A stretch of 64,000 nucleotides of DNA from Gammaproteobacteria bacterium. GTDB taxonomy: Bacteria; Pseudomonadota; Gammaproteobacteria; CAJXQU01. A program made the position numbers and the translations under genes. The DNA lies in the NCBI GenBank assembly GCA_965238175.1, contig CBDEGZ010000003.1, forward strand, positions 2,656,001 to 2,720,000, written 5' to 3'. Within the stretch, counting starts at the first letter, position 1, and each line of letters opens with the position of its first letter. Positions 54,560 through 64,000 of this stretch are shown piece by piece. The notes beneath the pieces are model-generated. The model saw only the letters and a list, made by a program, of their open reading frames with translations. It made no database searches and was not told the origin of the DNA.

Positions 54560-54634
54560 TGGTCAGGACGGATTCCCCTCCCCTCCCTTATCCGTTCTGC
54601 CCTGGGTCGGAGCGTAAGCTCCGGCCTTTTTTTT
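54560..54634 (+). ncRNA. Candidate small RNA: C-rich-loop hairpin plus intrinsic terminator
   Basis: caggacgga-ttcccctcccctccctta-tccgttctg, then ggtcggagc-gtaa-gctccggcc-T8. G-U pairs and the T run favour the + strand, where no CDS lies upstream. Confidence 0.5.
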
Positions 54635-56870
54635 AACCAACTTTCATCCCTGATACATTTTGATACCCCCGCGGAAGTTTATTTCCACGTCGTCCCCGTT
54701 CACCAGTGTAGTTATCAAAATCTCGTGGTTTTAATGTCAAATGTCGCTGGCCTGAGAAAATTAAGAGATTCGAATTCTCAGGTATTGCGAGGGTGGCGAC
54801 TAAGTATTCTTCGCCAGAAATGAGTTTTGGAGCTGGGATCTGCATTATTTTCAAACCTTTACCTTTAGCGAGCTGGGGTAGCTCACTTAGATCAAAAATA
54901 AGTAATCTTCCTATATTTGATAGTACCGCTACGCGATCACGTTCATGATCTTCTACCACTGAAGGCGCTAACACTTCAGCATCTTTAGGTAGTTTTAATA
55001 TTGATTTTCCAGCTTTATTCTTACTGTATAAATCTCCTAATTTAACGACATATCCATAGCCCGCATTGGATGAAATTAAATATAGTGTTTCAGGCTTGCC
55101 ACATAAAACACTAACAAACTCTGCTCCATCGGGAGGTGAGACTTTTCCAGAAAGTGGTTCTCCTAAACCTCTTGCTGATGGCAATGCATGCGTCGCTAAT
55201 GAATAACTGCGTCCGGTTGAATCAATAAAGACAGAAAGTTGATTACTACGACCAGTGGCGCATGAACGGAACCCATCACCCGCTCGATAATTAAGATCTT
55301 CAGCTTCAATTTCATGCCCTTTCGCTGCACGAATCCAACCTTTTTGTGATAATACTATCGTCACAGGATCAGATGGAATTAAGGCTGTTTGATCTAATGC
55401 CTGTGCCTGCTGTCGTTCTACGATAGGCGAGCGTCTATCATCTCCATATTTTTCTGCATCTTCTTGAATTTCTTTACGAATGAGGGTTTTTAATCTTCGA
55501 GTTGATCCTAGTATCAGCTGTAATTTATCTCTCTCTTCAGCCAATTCATCCAATTCACCTCTTATTTTCATCTCTTCGAGTCTGGCTAGGTGACGTAACT
55601 TTAACTCCAGGATAGCTTCGGCTTGTTCATCAGTAATGCTAAACCTCTGTATCAATACAGATTTAGGTTTATCTTCATGCCTGATAATTCTGATCACTTC
55701 ATCGATATTCAGAAAAGCTATTAATTGGCCTTCTAAAATATGTATTCGTTTATTTACTTTATCTAACCTATATTCAAGCCGTCTTCGGACAGTTACTGTC
55801 CTGAATTCTATCCATTCATTTAATAGATCTAGTAAATTTTTAACCTGTGGTCGGCCATCAATACCGATCATGTTTAGATTAACCCGGTATGTTTTTTCTA
55901 GATCAGTAGTTGCAAATAAGTGGGCCATTAACTGTTCAATATCAACTCGGTTTGATCTTGGGAAAAGAACCAATCGTGTTGGTGTCTCATGATCAGATTC
56001 ATCACGTAGATTATCAAGCATTGGTAATTTTTTAGCTTCGATCTGAGCTGCTATTTGTTGTTGGATTTTTGTTCCCGAACTTTGATAAGGAAGGCTTGTA
56101 ATGACAATATCGCCGTTCTCAATTGTGTAAACCGCTCTCATTCTGATCGAGCCAGTACCGGTTTTGTAAATATTAAATATTTCATCTTTCGAGGAGATAA
56201 TTTCAGCATCCGTAGGGTAATCTGGACCTTTAACATGATCAAAAAGATCTTCAAGCGATGCTTTTGGAGCTTCTAGTAAGTGTATACATGCACTTGCTAC
56301 TTCTTTGAGATTATGAGGTGGAATATCAGTGGCCATCCCTACAGCAATTCCTGAACCTCCATTAAGTAATATGTTAGGTAATCTTGCAGGTAATAACTTT
56401 GGTTCGTCTAAAGTCCCATCAAAATTTGCTATCCAATCAACAGTTCCATCACTCGCCTCTTTTAATAATAAATCGGCATACCCTGTCAACTTCGATTCCG
56501 TGTAACGCATTGCAGCAAAAGACTTTGGATCATCCATTGATCCCCAGTTACCTTGACCATCAACAAGCGGATATCGATAAGCAAAATTCTGAGCCATCAA
56601 AACCATTGCTTCATAACATGCCGAATCACCATGTGGATGAAACTTGCCAATTACATCACCGACAGTTCTAGCAGATTTTTTAAACTTTGATCCTGCTTTT
56701 AAACCTAATTCTGACATGGCATAGACTATTCGTCTTTGCACAGGTTTTAAACCATCCCCTATATTAGGAAGTGCCCGATCAAGAATAACATACATAGAAT
56801 ATTCCAAATATGCCTGCTCGGTAAACTCGTGAAGAGACTGCTGTTCATTAAATTCTAATGGTAGGTTCAT
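54633..56870 (-). CDS. parC: DNA topoisomerase IV subunit A
   Basis: [43 protein letters not shown]. Confidence 0.97.
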   Translation of the reverse strand: MNLPLEFNEQQSLHEFTEQAYLEYSMYVILDRALPNIGDGLKPVQRRIVYAMSELGLKAGSKFKKSARTVGDVIGKFHPHGDSACYEAMVLMAQNFAYRYPLVDGQGNWGSMDDPKSFAAMRYTESKLTGYADLLLKEASDGTVDWIANFDGTLDEPKLLPARLPNILLNGGSGIAVGMATDIPPHNLKEVASACIHLLEAPKASLEDLFDHVKGPDYPTDAEIISSKDEIFNIYKTGTGSIRMRAVYTIENGDIVITSLPYQSSGTKIQQQIAAQIEAKKLPMLDNLRDESDHETPTRLVLFPRSNRVDIEQLMAHLFATTDLEKTYRVNLNMIGIDGRPQVKNLLDLLNEWIEFRTVTVRRRLEYRLDKVNKRIHILEGQLIAFLNIDEVIRIIRHEDKPKSVLIQRFSITDEQAEAILELKLRHLARLEEMKIRGELDELAEERDKLQLILGSTRRLKTLIRKEIQEDAEKYGDDRRSPIVERQQAQALDQTALIPSDPVTIVLSQKGWIRAAKGHEIEAEDLNYRAGDGFRSCATGRSNQLSVFIDSTGRSYSLATHALPSARGLGEPLSGKVSPPDGAEFVSVLCGKPETLYLISSNAGYGYVVKLGDLYSKNKAGKSILKLPKDAEVLAPSVVEDHERDRVAVLSNIGRLLIFDLSELPQLAKGKGLKIMQIPAPKLISGEEYLVATLAIPENSNLLIFSGQRHLTLKPRDFDNYTGERGRRGNKLPRGYQNVSGMKVG

Positions 56871-56969
56871 CGTTTTAATTCTTATAGTGGAGTTAATTGT
56901 TTTGCCGATCTAATTTAACACAACTAACTTTGTGTAAAAATTTTATATACATAACTTAAATAAAAGACA

Positions 56970-57005
56970 AAAAAAAACCCCGACTCCTTAAGAGAAGTCA
57001 GGGCT
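56970..57005 (-). terminator. Intrinsic terminator after xoxF
   Basis: Minus strand GCCCTGACTTCTC-TTAA-GGAGTCGGGGT followed by a long T run. Confidence 0.75.
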
Positions 57006-57047
57006 TATCGTCACTAATTGCTTAGTTTAGATTATCTAGCTGCTTTT

Positions 57048-58898
57048 TTATGGCAGACTGAATACGCTCAACACACCGCCAAGACGAGTGTAGTCGTTCA
57101 GACCTTTGTAAGCACCAACAGCGCCTAAGCCGTCAGTATCATTGATAAGGCCAGCAGCCATACCGATACCAGCCCAGCCACCAACACCTGACAATACACC
57201 TACATATTGCTTGCCTTTGTGAGACCACGTGTTTGTGTTACCAATGATGCCCGATGGAGTTTTGAATTTCCAAAGGAGCTTACCGCTCTTAGCATCAATC
57301 GCTTTCAAGTAACCCGCAAGATCGCCATAAAAAACGACGTCTCCAGCAGTTGCAAGCGCACCAGACCATACAGAGAAACGCTCTGGAATTGACCACACAA
57401 CTTTACCTGTGTTCGCATCCCAAGCAATGAAATTACCTAGGTTGTTATCTTCAGCATTGTTGTTAGGACAGTCAGGACAAACACGACCCGCAGGGAACAT
57501 GTTCAATACCGCGTTTACATATGGCGCACCAGCGACATATTCACCACCTGATACTGGCTCATAATCCATACAAACGTGGTTTGTAGGAACATAGTTAAGA
57601 CCCGTTCGTGGAGAGTATGCTGCAGGCTGTTGATCTTTAGAACCTAAAGCCGCAGGACAGATGTTAGTTGAGTTCACATCTTCACCGTTTTGGTGAGTTG
57701 AGTAACGTGAAACAACTTGTGGACGACCTGTCTTCATGTCAACGTGAGTTGCCCAGTTAACCGCTGCATCAAATTTTTCAGCAACAAGCAATTCACCAGT
57801 TACACGATCCATAGTATAGCCAAAGCCATTACGGTCAAAATGTACAAGACCTTTATGAGTTTTGCCATTGACAGTTACATCTTGAAGGATCATTTCGTTG
57901 ATACCATCATAATCCCATTCATCATGTGGCGTCATTTGGTAAACCCACTTAGCAACACCTGTGTCTACATCACGTGCAAACATAGTCATTGACCATTTAT
58001 TGTCACCTGGACGAACAACCGGGTTCCAAGTAGATGGATTACCATTTCCGTAATACATCAGGTTCAGATCTGGATCATACGGCCACCAACCCCAAGTAGA
58101 ACCACCACCAATTTTCCATTGATCACCTTTCCAGGTTTTCAGTGAAGAATTTTTACCAACTGGTTTGCCCAGCTCAGTCGTGTGTACAGGATCAATCAGC
58201 ATATCTGCATCAGGGCCCATTGAGTACGCTCTCCAAGCCATTGAACCATCGCTGATGTTATACGCATTCATCCAGCATCGAACACCGAATTCAGCGCCTG
58301 AAATACCAGTGAAAACTTTGTCTTTGATGATGTGTGGTGCGTTAGTATTGGTTTGTCCTTTTTTAGGATCACCATTTTTAACAGACCAAACTTTTTCACC
58401 TGTAGCCGCATTCAGTGCTACAAGAACAGTATCTGCTTGTTGAAGGAAGATTTTTCCTTCGCCATAGCCTAGACCACGATTAACCGTGTCACAGCACATT
58501 ACAGGTACAGTTTCGTCATAATCTTGAATAGGCACATATTCCCAAACGATTTCCAACGTATCTAAGTCGATAGCGAAAACATTGTTAGGAAATGCAGCGT
58601 GGATATATAGAGTATCTCCACCAAGACCAGTAGAGCTGCTAGGCAATACTAATGGTCCACCTTCGTGTCCACGAAGTACACCCGTTGAAAATGTCCAAGC
58701 CGCTTGCATCTGATGAGCATTACCACTGTTGATTTGGTTCAACTCAGAATAACGCCAGCCTGAAAAGTTACCACTAGGCATAACCCAGTAGTTTGCATCT
58801 TGCTGCAATTTAAGCAGCTCTTCGTTAGCCATTGCTGACGCAGACATGGTTAGTGCTGCACCCGCTAGAAGCCATCGATTTAACGATGATTTTCTCAT
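57048..58898 (-). CDS. xoxF: PQQ/lanthanide-dependent methanol dehydrogenase (XoxF, probably XoxF5-like)
   Basis: Signal peptide, [27 protein letters not shown], and [10 protein letters not shown] (extra lanthanide-ligating Asp, where MxaF has Ala). No mxaI nearby. Confidence 0.92.
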   Translation of the reverse strand: MRKSSLNRWLLAGAALTMSASAMANEELLKLQQDANYWVMPSGNFSGWRYSELNQINSGNAHQMQAAWTFSTGVLRGHEGGPLVLPSSSTGLGGDTLYIHAAFPNNVFAIDLDTLEIVWEYVPIQDYDETVPVMCCDTVNRGLGYGEGKIFLQQADTVLVALNAATGEKVWSVKNGDPKKGQTNTNAPHIIKDKVFTGISGAEFGVRCWMNAYNISDGSMAWRAYSMGPDADMLIDPVHTTELGKPVGKNSSLKTWKGDQWKIGGGSTWGWWPYDPDLNLMYYGNGNPSTWNPVVRPGDNKWSMTMFARDVDTGVAKWVYQMTPHDEWDYDGINEMILQDVTVNGKTHKGLVHFDRNGFGYTMDRVTGELLVAEKFDAAVNWATHVDMKTGRPQVVSRYSTHQNGEDVNSTNICPAALGSKDQQPAAYSPRTGLNYVPTNHVCMDYEPVSGGEYVAGAPYVNAVLNMFPAGRVCPDCPNNNAEDNNLGNFIAWDANTGKVVWSIPERFSVWSGALATAGDVVFYGDLAGYLKAIDAKSGKLLWKFKTPSGIIGNTNTWSHKGKQYVGVLSGVGGWAGIGMAAGLINDTDGLGAVGAYKGLNDYTRLGGVLSVFSLP

Positions 58899-59365
58899 GA
58901 CCTCCTCCTTATATATAATTTACTGTTAACAGTTTCGGTCTCTGTTCTATTTTTATAACTCAATGGAAGCCCGAGACCGGAAAGATACCATTGAGCGGAA
59001 AACTTTTGTGTTGTTCTAATGAGGGACTAATGTATTTGTAAGAATATGTGTTTGAGTCAACACATGAGGAATAGCTTGAGTGGCTCAGTGACGATAGCCA
59101 ATGTTTTGAATGAAAATATTGAAATAGGATATTCATTTAATACTTTTTATCTTCCCTCAACTTGCTGTTTAACTCATTCCAAAGGACGGAACAGAAATAA
59201 CAACGAGGGTTGATTATAACTAAATAGCAGGAACTATCAATATTTTTTTTGGGAAAATCTCACATAACCGATCAGGCTTAATATTAAATGACCAGAACAA
59301 TTACTATCTTATTGATTCTGCTTAAAATTAATATAAAACACATGATCGATATATGTACTGAAAGC

Positions 59366-59746
59366 TTAATTTGTAGCCGTCACATCCTTGCTTTTTTTAT
59401 GTCTGACGCCAACAAAACAGCGCTTTTCAGCCTCTGTCTCTGCAGCTTCAAGTACTGGCACGACTTCATCAGCCCGATCGCTATCCCTGAAAAGACCACC
59501 TTTCTCACCAGGCAAACGTTTATAAGTTTTGAACGTTCTTGCCTCATCCCACAAATCAAATGGAACTTTACTGGCAATGACATCGATTGTGCATGAACAA
59601 GAATAAAGATTCTCAACAGTCTGGCCACCATGCTTTGCCATGCAGGTGAGAACAGCATCTACCCGTTCTAGCGTAGGGTAATCATTCCCATAAGCAGAAA
59701 AAGACGTCAGTGCTATTAAAAATGGTACAAATCGTATTAATTTCAT
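59366..59746 (-). CDS. Secreted Cys-containing conserved protein, typical of PQQ/methylotrophy loci
   Basis: Signal peptide, then NDYPT..RV..V..CM...G....CSC.ID.IA...GGLFRD...CF. Family assignment is from recall only. Confidence 0.65.
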   Translation of the reverse strand: MKLIRFVPFLIALTSFSAYGNDYPTLERVDAVLTCMAKHGGQTVENLYSCSCTIDVIASKVPFDLWDEARTFKTYKRLPGEKGGLFRDSDRADEVVPVLEAAETEAEKRCFVGVRHKKSKDVTATN

Positions 59747-59836
59747 AATGACTCTCCAGTAAACCCGTCTTATTTCAGGGCGGTTTATTTATATTTTTTC
59801 CCAATCATACCATCGACTACAAACCAGGTATAAAGT

Positions 59837-60886
59837 TCATCGATTAGTTAGCGTTTCGTTTTGTTTGGATACTTCATGTGTCAAAGGTGTATTCAATGCA
59901 ATACCTGATTCAAGTGATAGTTCGTATGCCGATCGGTTAACCGCAAATTCAGCATCGTAGAAGCCGTAAATATTTTTTACCCAATAAGCTAACCTCCAAA
60001 CTACCGCATGATCTCCATTTTCTACTACCAATATTTTAGCTTGTTTTTCGGAGTTTAATGCTTTTTCCCTTTCACATGCTTGTATCCAGACATCATTTAG
60101 AAATATTTCTATATCTTCAGCAGGTAAACCATAGCCAATCTTGAAATCGACAAATCGCATTAAGCCAACTGCTGGACATTTGTTTAAGACTTCAACTTTA
60201 GCATTTCTCAATTTAGAATTCGGCATAACGACGACATGCCGCGAACGAAGATCTCTAAACCGAGTTTGCGTTAGAGTCGTTTCAATCGTTACTGCGACTA
60301 AATCATATTCATCAATCTTGATAATGCTACCGGGTTCGACATCACCATTGTATAAAAGCATTAAACCATTGATGTTATCTGGAGCCCAATAATCTTTCGT
60401 TGAAAATAATACGATCAAAAGACCTCCCAATACACTCGTTGTTTTAAACCAGTCTGTTACACCCCATATATTGATTACCGCAATCAATACGATAGTAAAG
60501 GCTGCAATGATGATTAACAGGTTAAATATTTCTGACTGGTATGTTTCTACTCGATATTCAGAACCATCGATCTCTTTAAGTCTCCCATATTTTCTTATAA
60601 TAACTATATGCAGAAAATTGACTATTAAATAAGCGATCAAGAGCGTTAAGCCGGTGCGAGAAAGTTGTGATGTCCACCCTCCGACAAATAATTCTAAAAA
60701 GTAAATTCCAAAAAGAACGATGTTGATCAGTCGTAAGGTCCAAATTTTCGTTTTTACTGAAGTTGAATCTTTGTCTGAACGAAATACTGTAACAATTTGT
60801 TGGGTAAAAACGAATAATAAAAAATTGATCCCAAGCGCGATCAGATCTAGTAAGGACAAAGTTCCTAATATAGGTATGTCAGACAT
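59837..60886 (-). CDS. MscS-family mechanosensitive channel domain protein
   Basis: N-terminal TM helices followed by an MscS-like beta domain (G..IKID...TLTQTRFR...VMPNSKL). Confidence 0.75.
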   Translation of the reverse strand: MSDIPILGTLSLLDLIALGINFLLFVFTQQIVTVFRSDKDSTSVKTKIWTLRLINIVLFGIYFLELFVGGWTSQLSRTGLTLLIAYLIVNFLHIVIIRKYGRLKEIDGSEYRVETYQSEIFNLLIIIAAFTIVLIAVINIWGVTDWFKTTSVLGGLLIVLFSTKDYWAPDNINGLMLLYNGDVEPGSIIKIDEYDLVAVTIETTLTQTRFRDLRSRHVVVMPNSKLRNAKVEVLNKCPAVGLMRFVDFKIGYGLPAEDIEIFLNDVWIQACEREKALNSEKQAKILVVENGDHAVVWRLAYWVKNIYGFYDAEFAVNRSAYELSLESGIALNTPLTHEVSKQNETLTNR

Positions 60887-60959
60887 GTAAGTTATTAGAT
60901 TTTAAATATCAACTATGCTGCCTGACTGTTATTCAAATCACAACTATAATCAGGTCAAA

Positions 60960-61490
60960 ATGAAACTAGTAAATATTTATTTCCTGATACCTCTGACTCT
61001 ATTAGTCATTACCGTTGTTGTTATCAATAGCCTTGGTAATACACGTCCATTAACAAAATATGAAATAAAAGAATTACAAAGTGTATTCTTTGAGCAAGTG
61101 GATTACTCAAAAATCACACTTGTTACCGCTAATCTTCCACCAACACTTGCGGCGCTCGTTTTTGGTAATTTTATTCTTTATCGAGAGGAGTATCACAATG
61201 AAGACTTTAGCCATGATTACTTAAAAATGGGTCGGTTGGTTCATGAGGTAGGACATGTATGGGCAAACCAGACTAAAGGGTTACAAACTTCTGTCTACGC
61301 TGTTTTAGAGCAGATCAGATATCAAGACAAAGTTTATACCCATAAACTCTTAACGGGCGAAAATTCGCTAGATGAATTCCGTTACGAACAGCAGTGTCGT
61401 ATATTGAGCGACTATTATATCAATCGCCATCTTGGTTTCGATATCACGCAATACGAGTCAACTATCTACAAAACGATCAAGATTAAATAA
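60960..61490 (+). CDS. Putative secreted HExxH zinc metallopeptidase (DUF4157-like)
   Basis: N-terminal hydrophobic segment, RPLT.YE, VDYSKI, LVHEVGHVW and YEQQ. ATG 60960 is preferred over 60915. Confidence 0.6.
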   Translation: MKLVNIYFLIPLTLLVITVVVINSLGNTRPLTKYEIKELQSVFFEQVDYSKITLVTANLPPTLAALVFGNFILYREEYHNEDFSHDYLKMGRLVHEVGHVWANQTKGLQTSVYAVLEQIRYQDKVYTHKLLTGENSLDEFRYEQQCRILSDYYINRHLGFDITQYESTIYKTIKIK

Positions 61491-62433
61491 ACGCATCCAC
61501 AAGACCAACACCCTTTCTCACTACTTTCACTTGTCCTTCATCTTCTTCAAGATCGTCTTCTGCAAATGCATCCTGTTCGTGATCCGACAAAGCTGCTGTC
61601 GCCCGATCATTATCCGACGATTGCTGAGACACATCCGCATCAGCCAACATCAAACCACTCTGTTCCAACATCTCCTTTAAACGTGGTATTGCATCCTCAA
61701 CGGCTTCTTTTACGGAACCATGATTAGCAACAAATTGCACATGTGCTTGATCATCAATAATGTTTATCTTGATTTGTAATGGACCAAGTTCACGTGGATT
61801 TAAACTGATCTTCGCTTCTTGAATTGTTTGCCCAATTTGCCACTTAACCCGAGAAACTAACTCATCTCCCCAATTCTGCGTTCCTATTGGATTTGTGATC
61901 GCAGTAAATCCAGTCGCACTCGCTTGAGCTCCCTTTCCACGTAACGATGAATTCGTAAGTTCCTGCACTAAACTACGTACAAAATCAGTATCTGTATCCA
62001 GATCGCCGTCAGTTTGAAACGCTTCAAGAAAATTTTGTGCAGATAACATTTCCTTAGATAATACTTCACTGTTGAGATTCGAAAATATCTTATTACCCAA
62101 CAATTGGTCGGTTACGTTAAGTACAGGAACCAATTTATCCCCTGCTAATTGTTCTGTTCCTCCCCCCAAAAACAACTGCGACAATATTGGCCGCTCTTGG
62201 ATCCCTTCCGGAAAAAGCTTGCCGCTGAAAGACCCTGACTCCAATTGCTGTTTAAGTTGGCTAAGATCAGTAATTACAGGTGCAACCTGTGATTGAAATA
62301 AAGCCAGAAAACCTAGGTCTGACGAGGCCTCTGAGCCCGATGTAGGTAACGACGCTGATCCTTCTGCAGACGCTGTAGCTGTTGTTTTTAAACCTACTGA
62401 ACTTGATATTGCTTGCATCCTTGTCGTCTCCAT
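61483..62433 (-). CDS. fliK: Flagellar hook-length control protein FliK-like
   Basis: C-terminal WGDEL..RV.W......AKISLNPRELGPLQIKI...A...IPRLKEML..SG..L.D.DVS domain; low-complexity N-terminus. Confidence 0.85.
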   Translation of the reverse strand: METTRMQAISSSVGLKTTATASAEGSASLPTSGSEASSDLGFLALFQSQVAPVITDLSQLKQQLESGSFSGKLFPEGIQERPILSQLFLGGGTEQLAGDKLVPVLNVTDQLLGNKIFSNLNSEVLSKEMLSAQNFLEAFQTDGDLDTDTDFVRSLVQELTNSSLRGKGAQASATGFTAITNPIGTQNWGDELVSRVKWQIGQTIQEAKISLNPRELGPLQIKINIIDDQAHVQFVANHGSVKEAVEDAIPRLKEMLEQSGLMLADADVSQQSSDNDRATAALSDHEQDAFAEDDLEEDEGQVKVVRKGVGLVDAFI

Positions 62434-62454
62434 TTATTAACTTTCCTGAGAAAT

Positions 62455-62471
62455 TGCAAAGGCTATGCCAG
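62455..62471 (-). promoter_or_regulatory. sigma54 promoter of fliK
   Basis: Minus strand CTGGCATAGCCTTTGCA is a near-consensus TGGCA-N6-TTGCA, 22 nt upstream of the ATG. Confidence 0.8.
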
Positions 62472-62503
62472 ACACTGAATCAAGTTCTCAACTAGTATTA
62501 AAA

Positions 62504-62618
62504 TAGGGGCTGTTGATCTTTCATGGGCATTAGCTGCTGGGACGTTTTTTGTCCCAACAAGGCAGAGGGCAAGAGGTTTAGTCAACAGTTAACGCCCATG
62601 AAAGATCAACAGCCCCTA
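62504..62618. mobile_element. 115-bp palindromic MITE flanked by TA
   Basis: Perfect 25-bp inverted arms taggggctgttgatctttcatgggc / gcccatgaaagatcaacagccccta; inner hairpin tgggac/gtccca. Confidence 0.85.
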
Positions 62619-63380
62619 GAAAGCCTTAATGGAATATATATCGTAGCGTGTGTTTGGACTACTAATACTCGTATTCGGCTTTGGGCCGGTTAGAATTTCG
62701 GCCGATTTAGGTCGTTTAACAACCACACGGTATTTTGCCGCTTGTAAGGCTATACTGAGTAACTTATGACTCTCTTGATCTGGTCCAACTAGTTTTTGCA
62801 AAATACACATATCTTTCTTAACCGCTGCTGATTTCCGCTTTTTTGGATACATAGGATCAAGATAGATAACATCTGCTGAGAAGGTTTCTGTTTGAACCTT
62901 CGTAAGATACTCACAAGCATCAAAACAAGTCACTGAAAGTCGATTAACAATTGCAAAAACCTCTTCCTCTTTCTGTGCTCTATCAAGTGCGTCTTTTAAC
63001 AAAGCCACAACTACTGGTGAACGCTCGATCATTTTCACCTTACAACCCAATGTCGCTAAGACAAAACTATCGCGCCCCATGCCCGCTGTAGCATCTATAA
63101 CTGTGGGTGTCTTTTTACTGGAAAGTCCAATCGCTCTGGCGAGAGCTTGTTTTTTACCACCACCAAACTGTCGGCGATGCGCAAGTTTGCCTTCAACAAA
63201 ATCTATAAATACTGGCCCACTATCCTTGCAAAAAAGCGCGAGCTTTTCTTCGTGCCAGCCGAGTAATAAATCGGGTGATCCTTCAAGTTCTGTTTCGAGA
63301 GGAAGACTAAGTTTTGATGCAAGTGCTGCTGCACGTATTTTATTCTGTTTGTCTTCAGGATCTAGTTTAACCGCTAACAT
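62616..63380 (-). CDS. rsmJ: 16S rRNA m2G1516 methyltransferase
   Basis: IDFVEG...HRRQFGGG, DATAGMGRDSF, IERS, YLDPMYP, RVVVKRP. Confidence 0.93.
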   Translation of the reverse strand: MLAVKLDPEDKQNKIRAAALASKLSLPLETELEGSPDLLLGWHEEKLALFCKDSGPVFIDFVEGKLAHRRQFGGGKKQALARAIGLSSKKTPTVIDATAGMGRDSFVLATLGCKVKMIERSPVVVALLKDALDRAQKEEEVFAIVNRLSVTCFDACEYLTKVQTETFSADVIYLDPMYPKKRKSAAVKKDMCILQKLVGPDQESHKLLSIALQAAKYRVVVKRPKSAEILTGPKPNTSISSPNTRYDIYSIKAF

Positions 63381-63435
63381 AGCGACCAGTATAATTGATC
63401 GCTATGTTTATATAACTTGAATTCAAGAATTAATT

Positions 63436-64000
63436 TCAGTGATCAGATGATCCCCAAAGTTGCTTAACGCGTTTATCACGACCACAACCATGGCGATAGT
63501 AACGATAACGTAACGGATTCTTTTTGTAATAATCCTGGTGATATTTTTCCGCCGCATAAAACTGTGAAGCTTCTATCAATTCAACTTTTATAGGCTCTGA
63601 AAATGGTTTTACTTTTTCAATATTTTCTTTAGAAGCAAGCGTTAATTCTTTTTGATCATCGGTATAAAAAATAGCTGGGCGATATGATGGCCCTGTATCA
63701 CAAAACTGACCATCATCACGAGTGGGATCAATATGTCGCCAGAAGTAGTCTAAAATTTCTGAATAGCTAACCACTTTCGGATCATAAAGCACTTTTACAA
63801 CCTCTATATGTCCCGTACCACCAGCAGATACTTTTTTGTATGTTGGGTTCAACGTATGCCCGCCGCTGAAACCTGAAATGACTTCAGTGACACCTTCCAA
63901 TTTTTCAAAGTCAGCCTCAATACACCAATAGCATCCCCCACCGAGGACAGCAGATTCCATTTTATCTGATGCGCTAAATACTGTGCTAGAAAACAATAAA
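63436..64000 (-). CDS. msrA: Peptide-methionine (S)-S-oxide reductase; signal-peptide N-terminus runs off the window
   Basis: GGGCYWCIE, GHIEVV, GQFCD.G, AEKYHQDYY. Confidence 0.93.
   Translation of the reverse strand, partial: LLFSSTVFSASDKMESAVLGGGCYWCIEADFEKLEGVTEVISGFSGGHTLNPTYKKVSAGGTGHIEVVKVLYDPKVVSYSEILDYFWRHIDPTRDDGQFCDTGPSYRPAIFYTDDQKELTLASKENIEKVKPFSEPIKVELIEASQFYAAEKYHQDYYKKNPLRYRYYRHGCGRDKRVKQLWGSSDH

Noticed and set aside
57048-58898. Calcium-dependent MxaF
   Set aside because: The DYD motif has the extra Asp, and no mxaI/J/G cluster is adjacent.

Overview
Chromosomal segment of an AT-rich gammaproteobacterium, mostly minus-strand housekeeping genes: the pnp-rpsO-truB-rbfA-infB-nusA-rimP-tRNA-fMet cluster, trpFBA-accD-folC-dedD-cvpA-purF-metZ, amiB-tsaE-nnr-orn, ffs-dnaX-ybaB-recR, argD-argF-surE-pcm-nlpD, sodB and parC. 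It has a clear methylotrophy signature: a contiguous serine-cycle operon (sga-mcl-mtkA-mtkB-hprA-ppc), fhs, and a lanthanide-type XoxF methanol dehydrogenase. The standout is a complete chromosomal diversity-generating retroelement (DGR) inserted between fhs and apt (~14.75-18.1 kb), ordered target gene -> avd -> template repeat -> reverse transcriptase. TR and VR align over 130 nt with 15 mismatches, 14 of them at TR adenines. The target is a DUF1566/C-type-lectin-like protein whose variable region lies just upstream of a PEP-CTERM (exosortase) sorting signal, under a sigma54/IHF/enhancer-type promoter. The RT carries a C-terminal MutS domain-I-like module with an intact Phe-X-Glu motif. Other observations: an ERIC-like MITE that now supplies the trpF stop and the probable trpB start, a SAM-II riboswitch with a terminator before metZ, an A9 slippery site in dnaX, a candidate C-rich-loop sRNA next to sodB, a REPIN with a nested element inside the DGR, and a frameshifted Ser/Thr kinase. 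All calls come from reading the sequence and recalled family motifs; no searches were run.
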